Virus record (IMG/VR): IMGVR_UViG_3300045988_070268
Reading direction: 5' to 3' (one strand)
Length of the DNA: 34,641 nt
From: a virus
The translations under genes and the position numbers were made by a program. The notes beneath the pieces were generated by a model. It was not told where the DNA came from and ran no database searches. It worked only from the letters and a program-made list of their open reading frames with translations. Shown piece by piece: positions 25,875 through 33,224 of this stretch (positions within the stretch are counted from its first letter, which is position 1; the number at the start of each line of letters is the position of its first letter).

Positions 25875-26696
25875 CTATCGCGTCTTCGGAGCGTACTTCC
25901 CAAGGCCAAGGACCTTGTCCAGTTCCTCGTCTCCGCTGCTCTGGTAGTAGTAATCAGCGTCTATCTTTCGATTGAAGCCACTTGTTGTTTCACGTGAAAC
26001 AGCTCCCTTCTTTTCTTCATTTTCGCGTCGCGCCCAGTTGCGTATGGTAGCCAGATGGTTCGCGTACTTCTTGCCCTTCGACTCCATGTATGAGCTGAGC
26101 TTTTCGATTCTCTCTTCCCAGTCAGTTGGGAACTCGGCTCGTAGCTTCTCCATGTCTGAGTCACTGAGAAGGACGTTCTGGTACTCTCCGTACTTGTGGC
26201 GCGGCTCCCTCTTTCGCGAGGGCTTATCGCATTTGATAGATGGATTTGTGATAGACGGGTCACTGATAGAAGAATCTTTGTTGCTACTTTGAAGTGGCAC
26301 GGGGTCACACTTTGAAGTAGTACCCCCGTCGCACTTTGAAGTAGTACCCGTGCCACTTTGAAGTTGTACGGCACGTTCAGCCGGGCGGTAGTACGCTCGC
26401 GTGCCCACTTCGCTGTTCTTCACTTGTCGATGGTACAGCAGCCCGAATTTGACAAGCTTTTTCAGCCTGCGCCTTACGGCTTCGGGGTTGAGGTGCATAA
26501 TCGGCAGCTCTTCGCATACGTACGAAGCGTTGACCCACCCATACTCGGCGCCGTCTATCACAAGCTTCTCCATGCCGCCAAAATAGAAGTCCATAATCCA
26601 TCGCAGAATCATGAGGTCGCGTTCATCTATTGATTGGTGCTCGTCGCACAGATTAAGGACTTGCTCTTGGCTGAAGCCAAATATCGTGTATTTCAT
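25875..26696 (-). CDS. Replisome organiser / replication initiator-like protein with an internal iteron array
   Basis: MKYTIFGFSQEQVLNLCDEHQSIDERDLMILRWIM... has a winged-helix-like N-terminus. The tandem peptide repeat GTGTTSKCDGGTTSKCD is encoded by the iterons. The gene precedes the helicase loader. Confidence 0.55.
   Translation of the reverse strand: MKYTIFGFSQEQVLNLCDEHQSIDERDLMILRWIMDFYFGGMEKLVIDGAEYGWVNASYVCEELPIMHLNPEAVRRRLKKLVKFGLLYHRQVKNSEVGTRAYYRPAERAVQLQSGTGTTSKCDGGTTSKCDPVPLQSSNKDSSISDPSITNPSIKCDKPSRKREPRHKYGEYQNVLLSDSDMEKLRAEFPTDWEERIEKLSSYMESKGKKYANHLATIRNWARRENEEKKGAVSRETTSGFNRKIDADYYYQSSGDEELDKVLGLGKYAPKTR
26233..26369. repeat. Iteron array: 4x (C/T)ACTTTGAAGT(A/G/T)G(T/C)AC at 22-24-bp spacing, plus 3x TGATAGA; putative origin of replication inside the initiator gene
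   Basis: Copies lie at 26285..26300, 26308..26323, 26332..26347 and 26354..26369, read directly. Confidence 0.6.
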
Positions 26697-26698
26697 CG

Positions 26699-27061
26699 TT
26701 ACATCCACCCCTCGTATTCTTCCACGAATGTCGGGTTCATTTTGACGGATACTATTTCGCCGTCACCAATTGGGGTTGGCACGACAACTCCAGCGTCTAT
26801 ACGGTTTCCCCTTGCGTCAAAGATTGCTATATCGGCAATACCAACACGGTCGATATCCATAAGCACCAGCGATGGCGGGATGTTGAAATATATGTACTTG
26901 TTGAAAAATTCGGGGTAGTACATCACGAACTTGTCTTTTTCGCTCAGGCTCCTTCTGTACATGAGTTCCCCTGTCACGACTGCCATTTCAACGGGATATT
27001 CAACGCCTTCCATCTTTGATAGCTTTCTTGCCAGAATGACGCTGTACGAATGCCTGTACAT
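26699..27061 (-). CDS. Hypothetical 120-aa protein
   Basis: ATG at 27059..27061 with RBS GGAGG 4 nt upstream. Composition is protein-like. Confidence 0.45.
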   Translation of the reverse strand: MYRHSYSVILARKLSKMEGVEYPVEMAVVTGELMYRRSLSEKDKFVMYYPEFFNKYIYFNIPPSLVLMDIDRVGIADIAIFDARGNRIDAGVVVPTPIGDGEIVSVKMNPTFVEEYEGWM

Positions 27062-27076
27062 GCCGCCTCCAAAACG

Positions 27077-27111
27077 AAACCCCGCCGTAGGTAACAGCTA
27101 CGACGGGGTTT
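27077..27111 (-). terminator. Stem-loop aaaccccgccgtag-gtaacag-ctacgacggggttt between early genes, overlapping the RBS of the downstream gene; attenuator/terminator-like
   Basis: 14-bp stem with one G-U pair; the minus-strand RNA is followed by CGUUUUGG. Confidence 0.4.
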
Positions 27112-27195
27112 CTTATTCCATGCCGCGTTTCACATCACGACTTGAAATTATGTATTATCCGTAAGCCTGCTACCCTTACGGGTCCTATTATAGCA

Positions 27196-27537
27196 TCAAG
27201 ACTCTTCGATGTTTATGTGATTGATGTATGCCATGAGCTTCTTCTTCATCTTGTACTCGGCCGTCTTGAAGCCCTTGCAGTCTTCCACGACAACCTTGCC
27301 GCCGCGATGGTAGACGAAGTCTGCGACGTACTTCATGCCACGGTATTTCACTCCTTCGCATTCGAAGCTCGGCAAAAGCTCGAACGTGACCTGAAGGCGC
27401 AAACCATCAATCTCGCCCGCTTCCTCCATATAGCGGAGCTTGGTATACCGCTTGGCTTCCTTTGCGCTGTCGAACTCGATGCCGTCAACGACAGTCTTCT
27501 TGGCGTGGTACTTACTTCCCCGTGCTGCCAAAGCCAT
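27196..27537 (-). CDS. DUF1064-like phage protein (nuclease-fold, unknown function)
   Basis: MALAARGSKYHAKKTVVDGIEFDSAKEAKRYTKL... resembles the conserved DUF1064 N-terminus. RBS GAGAGGGGGTG. Confidence 0.4.
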   Translation of the reverse strand: MALAARGSKYHAKKTVVDGIEFDSAKEAKRYTKLRYMEEAGEIDGLRLQVTFELLPSFECEGVKYRGMKYVADFVYHRGGKVVVEDCKGFKTAEYKMKKKLMAYINHINIEES

Positions 27538-27922
27538 CGCACCCCCTCTCCGAGTCCTCAAGCTCTTCGACACGCTCAAAGCCTACGTAGGCGCACGGCA
27601 TTATCACGAGCTGCGTTACCTTGTCACCGCGCAGGACGTGATATGGCGCGTCGCTGTGGTTGTATAGCTTGGCCTTGATTGACCCCGTGTAGCCCTCGTC
27701 GATAACGCCCTCGGACGTGATGCTATACCGCGTGTTCAGTCCAGACTTGCTCTTGAGCATACCGACGTAGCCGTGCGGCAGCTGGATGTGGACGCCAGTG
27801 TCTATGACGCGAGAACCCCTAGCTGGAACCATCGCGTCAACCGGCGAGCGCAAGTCCGCCCCCGCGTCCGTCTCATGTGCCCTTACTGGCATGAATGCCC
27901 ATGAATCTAACTTAATCTTCAC
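27512..27922 (-). CDS. dut: dUTP diphosphatase (dUTPase)
   Basis: Motifs AGADL, GVIDEGYTGSI and RGCDGFGSTG are present. The start is GTG with RBS GGGAGGG. Confidence 0.85.
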   Translation of the reverse strand: MKIKLDSWAFMPVRAHETDAGADLRSPVDAMVPARGSRVIDTGVHIQLPHGYVGMLKSKSGLNTRYSITSEGVIDEGYTGSIKAKLYNHSDAPYHVLRGDKVTQLVIMPCAYVGFERVEELEDSERGCDGFGSTGK

Positions 27923-28136
27923 GCTCGTCCCTCCCGAAGCTGTATCGTGCGTACCTTGTCGGCTGTCCGTAGCGGTTCTTGCCGCGCTCTCGCTCCGTGT
28001 GTATGTCGTGGCCGTCCTCCTTAAGCTCGAAGATGACCGCCGCGAGCCTTGTGACTCCCAAATCCTTGAATGCGTCCAGCGGCGTGATGCTGCCGAACTC
28101 CCTGATATAGTCGAGAACCATCTTCTTTTGGCTCAC
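27912..28136 (-). CDS. Small winged-helix DNA-binding protein (74 aa)
   Basis: ..LDYIREFGSITPLDAFKDLGVTRLAAVIFELKEDGHDI..; GTG start with RBS AAAGGGGGA. Confidence 0.45.
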   Translation of the reverse strand: MSQKKMVLDYIREFGSITPLDAFKDLGVTRLAAVIFELKEDGHDIHTERERGKNRYGQPTRYARYSFGRDERED

Positions 28137-28152
28137 CGTTGCATCCCCCTTT

Positions 28153-28467
28153 CTAAACGTAGTTTCGGCCTATTACCCGCATCCAGTCATCGAGCGACCA
28201 CCCGTAGTGCTCCATCGCACGCCGCTGCGAGACCTCCTGAAGGTAAGTCTCGAACGGTCGGTTGAAGTGAACCGCGAAGTCGCTCATGTTGTGCGCTTCG
28301 GGCGGCAGGAAGACATAAAGGCCGTACTCGATTGATGTCTGGCGGTTCGGCCCATGGAAAACCTCGTGGCGCACGAGCCACGGTTCGCGATGGTCGTACC
28401 AGCGAATCATGACGCCGTGGCGCTCGTCGTACCACTCGCCGCAGCCTAAAACGCTATGCTCTTTCAT
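28153..28467 (-). CDS. Hypothetical 104-aa protein (MKEHSVLGCGEWYDERHGVMIRWYDHREPWLVRHEVFHGPN...)
   Basis: Its ATG overlaps the ninB-like stop (ATGA). The track's 24-codon N-terminal extension was rejected. Confidence 0.5.
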   Translation of the reverse strand: MKEHSVLGCGEWYDERHGVMIRWYDHREPWLVRHEVFHGPNRQTSIEYGLYVFLPPEAHNMSDFAVHFNRPFETYLQEVSQRRAMEHYGWSLDDWMRVIGRNYV

Positions 28468-28934
28468 CCTTCGCCCTCCACGTACCTCAATCTGGCTATT
28501 TCCTCGCGCGTGAGCACGGAAATGCCCTGCGCCTCGCATTCCTCGCGAACGCCGTCAACCAGACGTGAGAACTCCGTCGAGTCCATGTGACTCGAACCCT
28601 TGTAGACCCGGTAATGCGTGAACTCGCGACCGCCCGCGAAGCCCGTGCCTATTTCCTCGTAATAGCGGAAGTATCCAGACACATCTATGTCGGAACGGAC
28701 GCTCACGACCTCGAATGGCGCATGCTCCTTGAGCATACGGAAGTGAAGTTCTGAGGTCGGTATCCTCAAGACCCTGCCGAGCTGGTTCAACATTGACCAA
28801 TAGTAGGCGTTCTGGGTGAGCGTGCGCTTGCGCTTGCGTTCCTTTATCTCGTACAGACGTTCCTTGCCGTCCTGCGGCTGCGAGAACATCCAATGAATTA
28901 TCTCCTCGGCTGTCCCAATCATGCCGCCAATCAT
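28464..28934 (-). CDS. NinB/Orf-like recombination mediator
   Basis: ..KRTLTQNAYYWSMLNQLGR.. resembles the lambda NinB motif RSLDQNRKLWA; about 150 aa. Confidence 0.5.
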   Translation of the reverse strand: MIGGMIGTAEEIIHWMFSQPQDGKERLYEIKERKRKRTLTQNAYYWSMLNQLGRVLRIPTSELHFRMLKEHAPFEVVSVRSDIDVSGYFRYYEEIGTGFAGGREFTHYRVYKGSSHMDSTEFSRLVDGVREECEAQGISVLTREEIARLRYVEGEG

Positions 28935-28962
28935 CCAGAGTCACCCCCAATCAGTAACAGAT

Positions 28963-29002
28963 GTGGGGCGTGGAGCCCCATTGATGGAGCACCACGCCCC
29001 AC
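28963..29002. repeat. Perfect 11-bp inverted repeat gtggggcgtgg - 18 nt - ccacgccccac between ssb and ninB
   Basis: Read directly. There is no U tract after it on the transcribed strand. Confidence 0.7.
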
Positions 29003-29015
29003 TGTCGGCCAATCC

Positions 29016-29468
29016 CTAGAATGGGATATCCTCATCGTAGGACTCAGGCTGCGGGGCCTCGGCGTAGGCCTGCCGGGCGTTCCACTGCGGCGCGGGCTGC
29101 GCCTGCTGCTGCGGATGGTAGTCCTGCTGCTGCTGGTGCTTGCGGTTCTGCATCAGCTCGATGTCGTTGGCGATGATGTCGACTTTCGAGTGCTTCTGCC
29201 CGTCCTTCTCCCAGCTCGAATAATGGAGCTTTCCAGCGACCGCGACCTTCATTCCCTTGGTAAGGATGTCGCTGAGTGCCGTGGCACGGTTGCCAAAGGT
29301 CACGCACTCGAAGAAGTTGGGAACATCCTCCCACTCGCCCGTCTGCTGGTTCCTGCGGCGGTCGTTCACCGCGATTCCGAAGCTCAGAACCGCTGTGCCG
29401 CCAGCCGTGTTGCGCAGGTCGGGGTCGCGTGTCAAATTTCCCGTGATTGCTACGTGGTTGATGCTCAT
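29016..29468 (-). CDS. ssb: Single-stranded DNA-binding protein
   Basis: MSINHVAITGNLTRDPDLR... is an OB fold. It has a Gln/Pro-rich linker and an acidic C-terminus DEDIPF. Its ATG overlaps the upstream stop (TAATG). Confidence 0.85.
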   Translation of the reverse strand: MSINHVAITGNLTRDPDLRNTAGGTAVLSFGIAVNDRRRNQQTGEWEDVPNFFECVTFGNRATALSDILTKGMKVAVAGKLHYSSWEKDGQKHSKVDIIANDIELMQNRKHQQQQDYHPQQQAQPAPQWNARQAYAEAPQPESYDEDIPF

Positions 29469-29740
29469 TATTCGTTGTCCTCCTCGCCGGACAGCTCTTT
29501 GAGCTTCTTGTCGTACGCGTCCCCCATGATGTGGCGCATAACGGCGCTGGTGGTCGCATCCTCCCACGTGAGGTATTTTTTCGCCCAGTCAGTGCCCGCC
29601 CTGTTGAGTAGAACGTCCTTGACCATTTCAAGGTCGAATTTCGCCTTCAGCAGATTCTCGAATTCTGCTTTCGTAATCTGAACCGTGTTTTCCATTTTTG
29701 TCGTTCCTTTCTCTACTGTAAGTTGAACCGTGTTTTCCAT
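29468..29740 (-). CDS. Hypothetical 90-aa protein whose RBS and first 5 codons are tandemly duplicated (MENTVQLTVEKGTTKMENTVQITKAEF...)
   Basis: Two identical RBS+ATG units (AGAGAGGAACGACAAAAATGGAAAACACGGTT) lie 45 nt apart, with ATGs at 29738..29740 and 29693..29695. Both are in frame. Confidence 0.5.
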   Translation of the reverse strand: MENTVQLTVEKGTTKMENTVQITKAEFENLLKAKFDLEMVKDVLLNRAGTDWAKKYLTWEDATTSAVMRHIMGDAYDKKLKELSGEEDNE

Positions 29741-29759
29741 TTTTGTCGTTCCTCTCTCT
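29681..29759. repeat. Near-perfect 34-bp direct repeat (period 45 bp) duplicating an RBS and start codon
   Basis: aaccgtgttttccatttttgtcgttcct(t/c)tctct occurs at 29681..29714 and 29726..29759. Confidence 0.8.
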
Positions 29760-30264
29760 ATCTGTCTTTCGCGAATACGTAGGCCCTGCAACCCTTGGTA
29801 TCGTTGTAGATGCTCAATCCCGTTATGATGCCGTTCTCGATGCGAACCTTCTCGCAGCGGAACTTGTCGTAGCATTGCATGCGCCCGTTCTTCCCGGGCT
29901 TGACGCTGCACTTCTCGGCGGGAACCCAGATGAACGGTGCTTCATAGAGCTCGCGCCCGATGCCCAGCATGAACCCAGCCCGCTTGAACGCATCGCTTGC
30001 ACGGCCCTTCTCGGCTTCCATGTTGGAAGGCGTTCCGTTGGACTGCTTGGCAATCCACTGTTGTTTCTCCGCGTCCCAGACCTCGATAGTGCAGAACAGC
30101 TCGCCGTTGATGCTCTGGTACGAGTCGCGCCACCCCATCACGCCGAAAGTCTCGTCAAGGATGCGCATGTCGCAACGGCTGTCTTTGTAAAGCAGAAGCG
30201 ACACGCCCTTCTGGCTGCACTGTGCCACGCGAACCTCGATTTCGTCTGCCCTCAGCTCGCGCAT
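29758..30264 (-). CDS. Rad52/Sak-like single-strand annealing protein
   Basis: ..ADEIEVRVAQ...LLLYKDSRCDMRILDETFGVMGWRDSY... matches the Rad52 N-domain pattern (IEWR... DAR..M.RLDE.FG..GW...Y). Confidence 0.55.
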   Translation of the reverse strand: MRELRADEIEVRVAQCSQKGVSLLLYKDSRCDMRILDETFGVMGWRDSYQSINGELFCTIEVWDAEKQQWIAKQSNGTPSNMEAEKGRASDAFKRAGFMLGIGRELYEAPFIWVPAEKCSVKPGKNGRMQCYDKFRCEKVRIENGIITGLSIYNDTKGCRAYVFAKDR

Positions 30265-30265
30265 G

Positions 30266-30748
30266 TCACTTCACCTGCAAGCTTTCGTTCGTGATGATTT
30301 CGGCGTGCTCGATTTCGCGCCCGTCTTCCAAAGCTGCCTTGATTGCCGTGCGGTTCGGAGTAGGCTCCTTGTGCGTGAGCAAATCGTCGGCGTGCTCCTG
30401 CGCCCATGCGACGAAGCTTTCATCGACCTGAACGCTCTTGGCTTTGCGGTAGCTGCAACGCACCTTGGGCGATTCGAACTTTTCACCTTTCAGCGCGTAA
30501 ACGAGAAGGTTCTTGATGCGCTCGGCCTTGTTCTCCACTGCCTTGCGGCGCTGGGCGAGGTTCGCTTCCTCTTCTTTCATGGCCTTCGCCTCGGCTACGA
30601 GGTTCTTATAAAAGCAGCCGATGTTCTCGACCTTCTGCGTGCGCTCCATCTGAAGCTCGTCGAAGCGTTTCTCGTCCTCGATTTCGCCCGTCTCCATATC
30701 GACGAGCGATAGGATTGAATCGTCTATATCGTAAATGCTCATACCCAT
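30266..30748 (-). CDS. Siphovirus Gp157-like protein (early recombination module)
   Basis: 160 aa, coiled-coil and acidic, placed directly upstream of the annealing protein as in Sak/Gp157 modules. Confidence 0.5.
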   Translation of the reverse strand: MGMSIYDIDDSILSLVDMETGEIEDEKRFDELQMERTQKVENIGCFYKNLVAEAKAMKEEEANLAQRRKAVENKAERIKNLLVYALKGEKFESPKVRCSYRKAKSVQVDESFVAWAQEHADDLLTHKEPTPNRTAIKAALEDGREIEHAEIITNESLQVK

Positions 30749-30879
30749 GTTGTTTCCCCTTTCTCTTTGATTTCTTCCGGCTCTTCCTCGGAATAGAAAA
30801 CGTCTTTGCCTTCGAAGAGCTTGTTAATCAGGTCGTACAGAGCCGCCATGTGCTCCTTGGTCGGATTGCCCCTCTCCAT
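30739..30879 (-). CDS. Possible small overlapping ORF (MERGNPTKEHMAALYDLINKLFEGKDVFYSEEEPEEIKEKGETTWV) in the 3' end of the cro-like gene
   Basis: Over the 55-nt overlap its GC3 is higher than that of the cro frame. The RBS is weak. Confidence 0.25.
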   Translation of the reverse strand: MERGNPTKEHMAALYDLINKLFEGKDVFYSEEEPEEIKEKGETTWV

Positions 30880-31093
30880 AGTCTTCACCGTCCCCGAAAA
30901 GATAGTCGAGCGTGAATGCCACACCGTTGCGCTCTTCCAGCTCAGATTGAATTGCCATCATCTCGCCAAGTCGGAACTGCTGCTTGCCAGAAAGAAGGCG
31001 AAAAACCGTGGGAACCGACTTCCCGATTGATTCGGCAATATCTCCGTTCGTCATGCCCGCACGTACGATTTCAGCTTTGAGATTCTTGTACAT
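30824..31093 (-). CDS. Cro-like HTH (XRE-family) regulator
   Basis: ..GMTNGDIAESIGKSVPTVFRLLSG... is an HTH and the domain ends ..FTLDYLFG. RBS AAGGGGGTGAG. It is divergent from the repressor gene. Confidence 0.6.
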   Translation of the reverse strand: MYKNLKAEIVRAGMTNGDIAESIGKSVPTVFRLLSGKQQFRLGEMMAIQSELEERNGVAFTLDYLFGDGEDYGEGQSDQGAHGGSVRPD

Positions 31094-31104
31094 ACACTCA
31101 CCCC

Positions 31105-31136
31105 CTTATGTGCTCAGTGTGCGCACTTATGTGCTC
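31105..31136. promoter_or_regulatory. Putative operators: 2x CTTATGTGCTC direct repeats 21 bp apart, flanking the 8-bp palindrome GTGCGCAC
   Basis: Repeat copies at 31105..31115 and 31126..31136, with the palindrome at 31119..31126. They lie between the cro -10 and its RBS. Confidence 0.45.
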
Positions 31137-31147
31137 CAGTAATTTCC

Positions 31148-31153
31148 ATTATA
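31148..31153 (-). promoter_or_regulatory. -10 TATAAT of the early (cro) promoter; the -35 is weak
   Basis: attata on the plus strand, about 55 nt upstream of the cro ATG. Confidence 0.35.
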
Positions 31154-31228
31154 GGCAAGAACTTTCAAAATTTAATAGGTTTTTCTAAAAATGTTAAAAC
31201 TTACTTTCATTTTTTGCACACTTTAGTG

Positions 31229-31258
31229 TTTACAGTGAACACCTATAGATTATATAAT
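31229..31258 (+). promoter_or_regulatory. Candidate repressor-gene promoter (TTTACA - 16 nt - TATATAAT)
   Basis: Read directly, about 60 nt upstream of the 31315 ATG. The AT-rich region 31150..31260 probably holds further operator sites. Confidence 0.4.
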
Positions 31259-31314
31259 TACCTTAGCAGACGTGGTGGTACCAACGTTTAGCGGGGAAAG
31301 GAGTCGAATTTTGG

Positions 31315-31623
31315 ATGGCATTTACTGACAATTTGCAGGCGCTTATGAGCGCAAAAGGGATATCCCGTCGAAAATTGGCGAAGGAGTGCGGGATAAGCCC
31401 CAGCGCGGTGAACAGCTGGTTCAATCGGTCGGCTGAGAACATCAGCTTGCAGACGCTGAAGAAGCTGTCGGATTACTTCGGTATAGGCATCGAGGAGCTT
31501 GTCCACGGAAAGCAACAACGGCGTGAGATAACATTTTCAAGCGGCGCGTACACGGACGCAGAGCTTGACCAGATAAAGCAGTTCGCACACTTTTTGATAA
31601 GGCAACGAGAAAGGAATGATTAA
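31315..31623 (+). CDS. cI-like HTH (XRE-family) repressor (102 aa, no peptidase domain)
   Basis: ..GISRRKLAKECGISPSAVNSWFNR.. is an HTH. RBS AAAGGAG. It is divergent from cro and immediately upstream of the integrase. Confidence 0.65.
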   Translation: MAFTDNLQALMSAKGISRRKLAKECGISPSAVNSWFNRSAENISLQTLKKLSDYFGIGIEELVHGKQQRREITFSSGAYTDAELDQIKQFAHFLIRQRERND

Positions 31624-31626
31624 TGG

Positions 31627-33129
31627 ATGGCATACGCAATGTACCTGCGCAAGTCACGCGCAGACGAGGAACTAGGATACGAGAACACGCTTGAACGACA
31701 CGAGGAGATGCTGCGCAACCTTGCGGCGCAGACTGGAATCCACGTAGACGAATCGCATATCTACAGGGAAATTGTCTCGGGTGAGAGCATCGAAGCCCGC
31801 CCGCAGATGCAGAAGCTGCTGAAGGCGGTCGAGATGGGACTTTACACTGGCGTGCTCTGCATAGAGCTTGAACGTCTCAGCCGTGGTGACGGAGCCGACC
31901 AGCAAAGGATACTGAAGGCGTTCCAGTTCTCCGACACAAAGATAATCACGTTGACAAAGACATACGGCTTGGCTGGGGACGATTCATTCGATGAGGAATT
32001 CTTCGAATTCGGGCTTTTCATGAGCCGCCGCGAGTACAAGATGATAAAAAAGCGCCTGTATCGCGGAAGGATACAAGCGCAGAAGGAAGGCTATTTTATC
32101 GGGTCGCGCCCGCCTTACGGGTACGGCAAGAAGAGAATCGGGAAGGGCTATGTGCTGGTACCGAACGAGAACGCAGAAGTCGTAAGGTACATCTTCAGAA
32201 GGTACGCGCAACGCGAGACGGCGGCGAACATCCTTCACGACCTCAACAACATGGCGATACCGACCGTGACTGGCACGAAGTGGACGGCCTACGCTATCCG
32301 CGAGGTCATCAAGAACCAGACGTACATCGGAAAGATAAACACAAAGACGGTTCGCTGCGAGAAGTCGATAAAGGACGGGAAGGTCGTGCAAAGATGGCTC
32401 AACAACTACGAGCCAGTGACCGTCGAAGGAAGGCACGAGCCTATAGTGGACGAAGAGTTGTTCTGGAAGTGCCGGGAAGTCCGCGACAGCGAGAAGACGA
32501 GGGTGAAGGCAGACCAGACGCTGAAGAACCCGCTTGCATCAATCATGTTCTGCGAAGTGTGCGGCAAGACGATTCGCCGCACACATTACGACTATAAGGG
32601 CGAAAGGACTTTCTACTATGGTTGCGTCACATCGCGATGCGAGACGAAGAACACATTCACGCACATCGTATATGACATGGTGATTGACGAACTCAAGAAG
32701 GAGCTTGAACGCCAGCAGGTCATGCTAGCCGATTACGACACATCACCAGAGCATGACGCGAGAAAAGACGAATTGGAAATGCTTAAAGCAGAGCTTGGCA
32801 AGAAGCAGATGATGTTGGAAAGGGCATGTGAAGCCTATGAGACAGGGATATATGACAGACAGACTTACTTGGAGCGAGTGCAAAAGGTCAATGCTGCCAA
32901 GGTCGAGCTACAAGCAAGAATCGAGACATTGGAGAAAGACATAGAGGAAAGTGAGGAAAGGCATGAGAAAGCCGTCCCAATCCTCACAAAGGCAGTCGAG
33001 GAGATGCACACCCTCACACCCAAGGAACAGAACGATTTACTGAAGATGATTATCGATAAAATCACATATAAAAAGACTGAATCAGGTGCAGCAATAGAAC
33101 CGGAACTTGAAATCAGTCTCAAAATATAA
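31627..33129 (+). CDS. int: Large serine recombinase (integrase)
   Basis: N-terminal resolvase domain (YLRKSRADEE, with a catalytic Ser context), a recombinase domain, a zinc ribbon CEVCGK...YYGCVTSRC, and a C-terminal coiled coil; 500 aa. Confidence 0.85.
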   Translation: MAYAMYLRKSRADEELGYENTLERHEEMLRNLAAQTGIHVDESHIYREIVSGESIEARPQMQKLLKAVEMGLYTGVLCIELERLSRGDGADQQRILKAFQFSDTKIITLTKTYGLAGDDSFDEEFFEFGLFMSRREYKMIKKRLYRGRIQAQKEGYFIGSRPPYGYGKKRIGKGYVLVPNENAEVVRYIFRRYAQRETAANILHDLNNMAIPTVTGTKWTAYAIREVIKNQTYIGKINTKTVRCEKSIKDGKVVQRWLNNYEPVTVEGRHEPIVDEELFWKCREVRDSEKTRVKADQTLKNPLASIMFCEVCGKTIRRTHYDYKGERTFYYGCVTSRCETKNTFTHIVYDMVIDELKKELERQQVMLADYDTSPEHDARKDELEMLKAELGKKQMMLERACEAYETGIYDRQTYLERVQKVNAAKVELQARIETLEKDIEESEERHEKAVPILTKAVEEMHTLTPKEQNDLLKMIIDKITYKKTESGAAIEPELEISLKI

Positions 33130-33139
33130 TCTTTCCACC

Positions 33140-33175
33140 ATCATGAGGGGATGCATTTATGCACCCCTCCATGAT
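33140..33175. other. Imperfect 17-bp inverted repeat ATCATGAGGGGATGCAT | ATGCACCCCTCCATGAT between convergent int and fibre genes; bidirectional terminator and/or candidate attP core
   Basis: Read directly. It lies 11 nt after the int stop. Confidence 0.35.
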
Positions 33176-33224
33176 TCCAGAGACATAATTAAGGCGGATA
33201 GCTCAAGTGCTACCAGCCTTTTTG

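Noticed and set aside
27077-27111. Stable hairpins (27077..27111, 2064..2091, 28963..29002, 20351..20376) considered as tRNA or ncRNA genes
   Set aside because: They are single stem-loops with no cloverleaf, anticodon-arm or A/B-box features. Terminator, attenuator or processing-site interpretations explain them better.
30824-31093. Cro C-terminal tail (..GDGEDYGEGQSDQGAHGGSVRPD) as evidence that the gene is mis-called
   Set aside because: The HTH domain and the canonical ..LDYLFG ending are intact. The low-complexity tail probably reflects overlap with a small ORF in another frame (listed at low confidence), not a wrong gene call.
31627-33129. Integrase considered as a tyrosine recombinase with attP overlapping a tRNA
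   Set aside because: The protein has a resolvase-type N-terminus with a catalytic Ser context, a zinc ribbon and a C-terminal coiled coil, which marks a large serine recombinase. No tRNA is present in the window.
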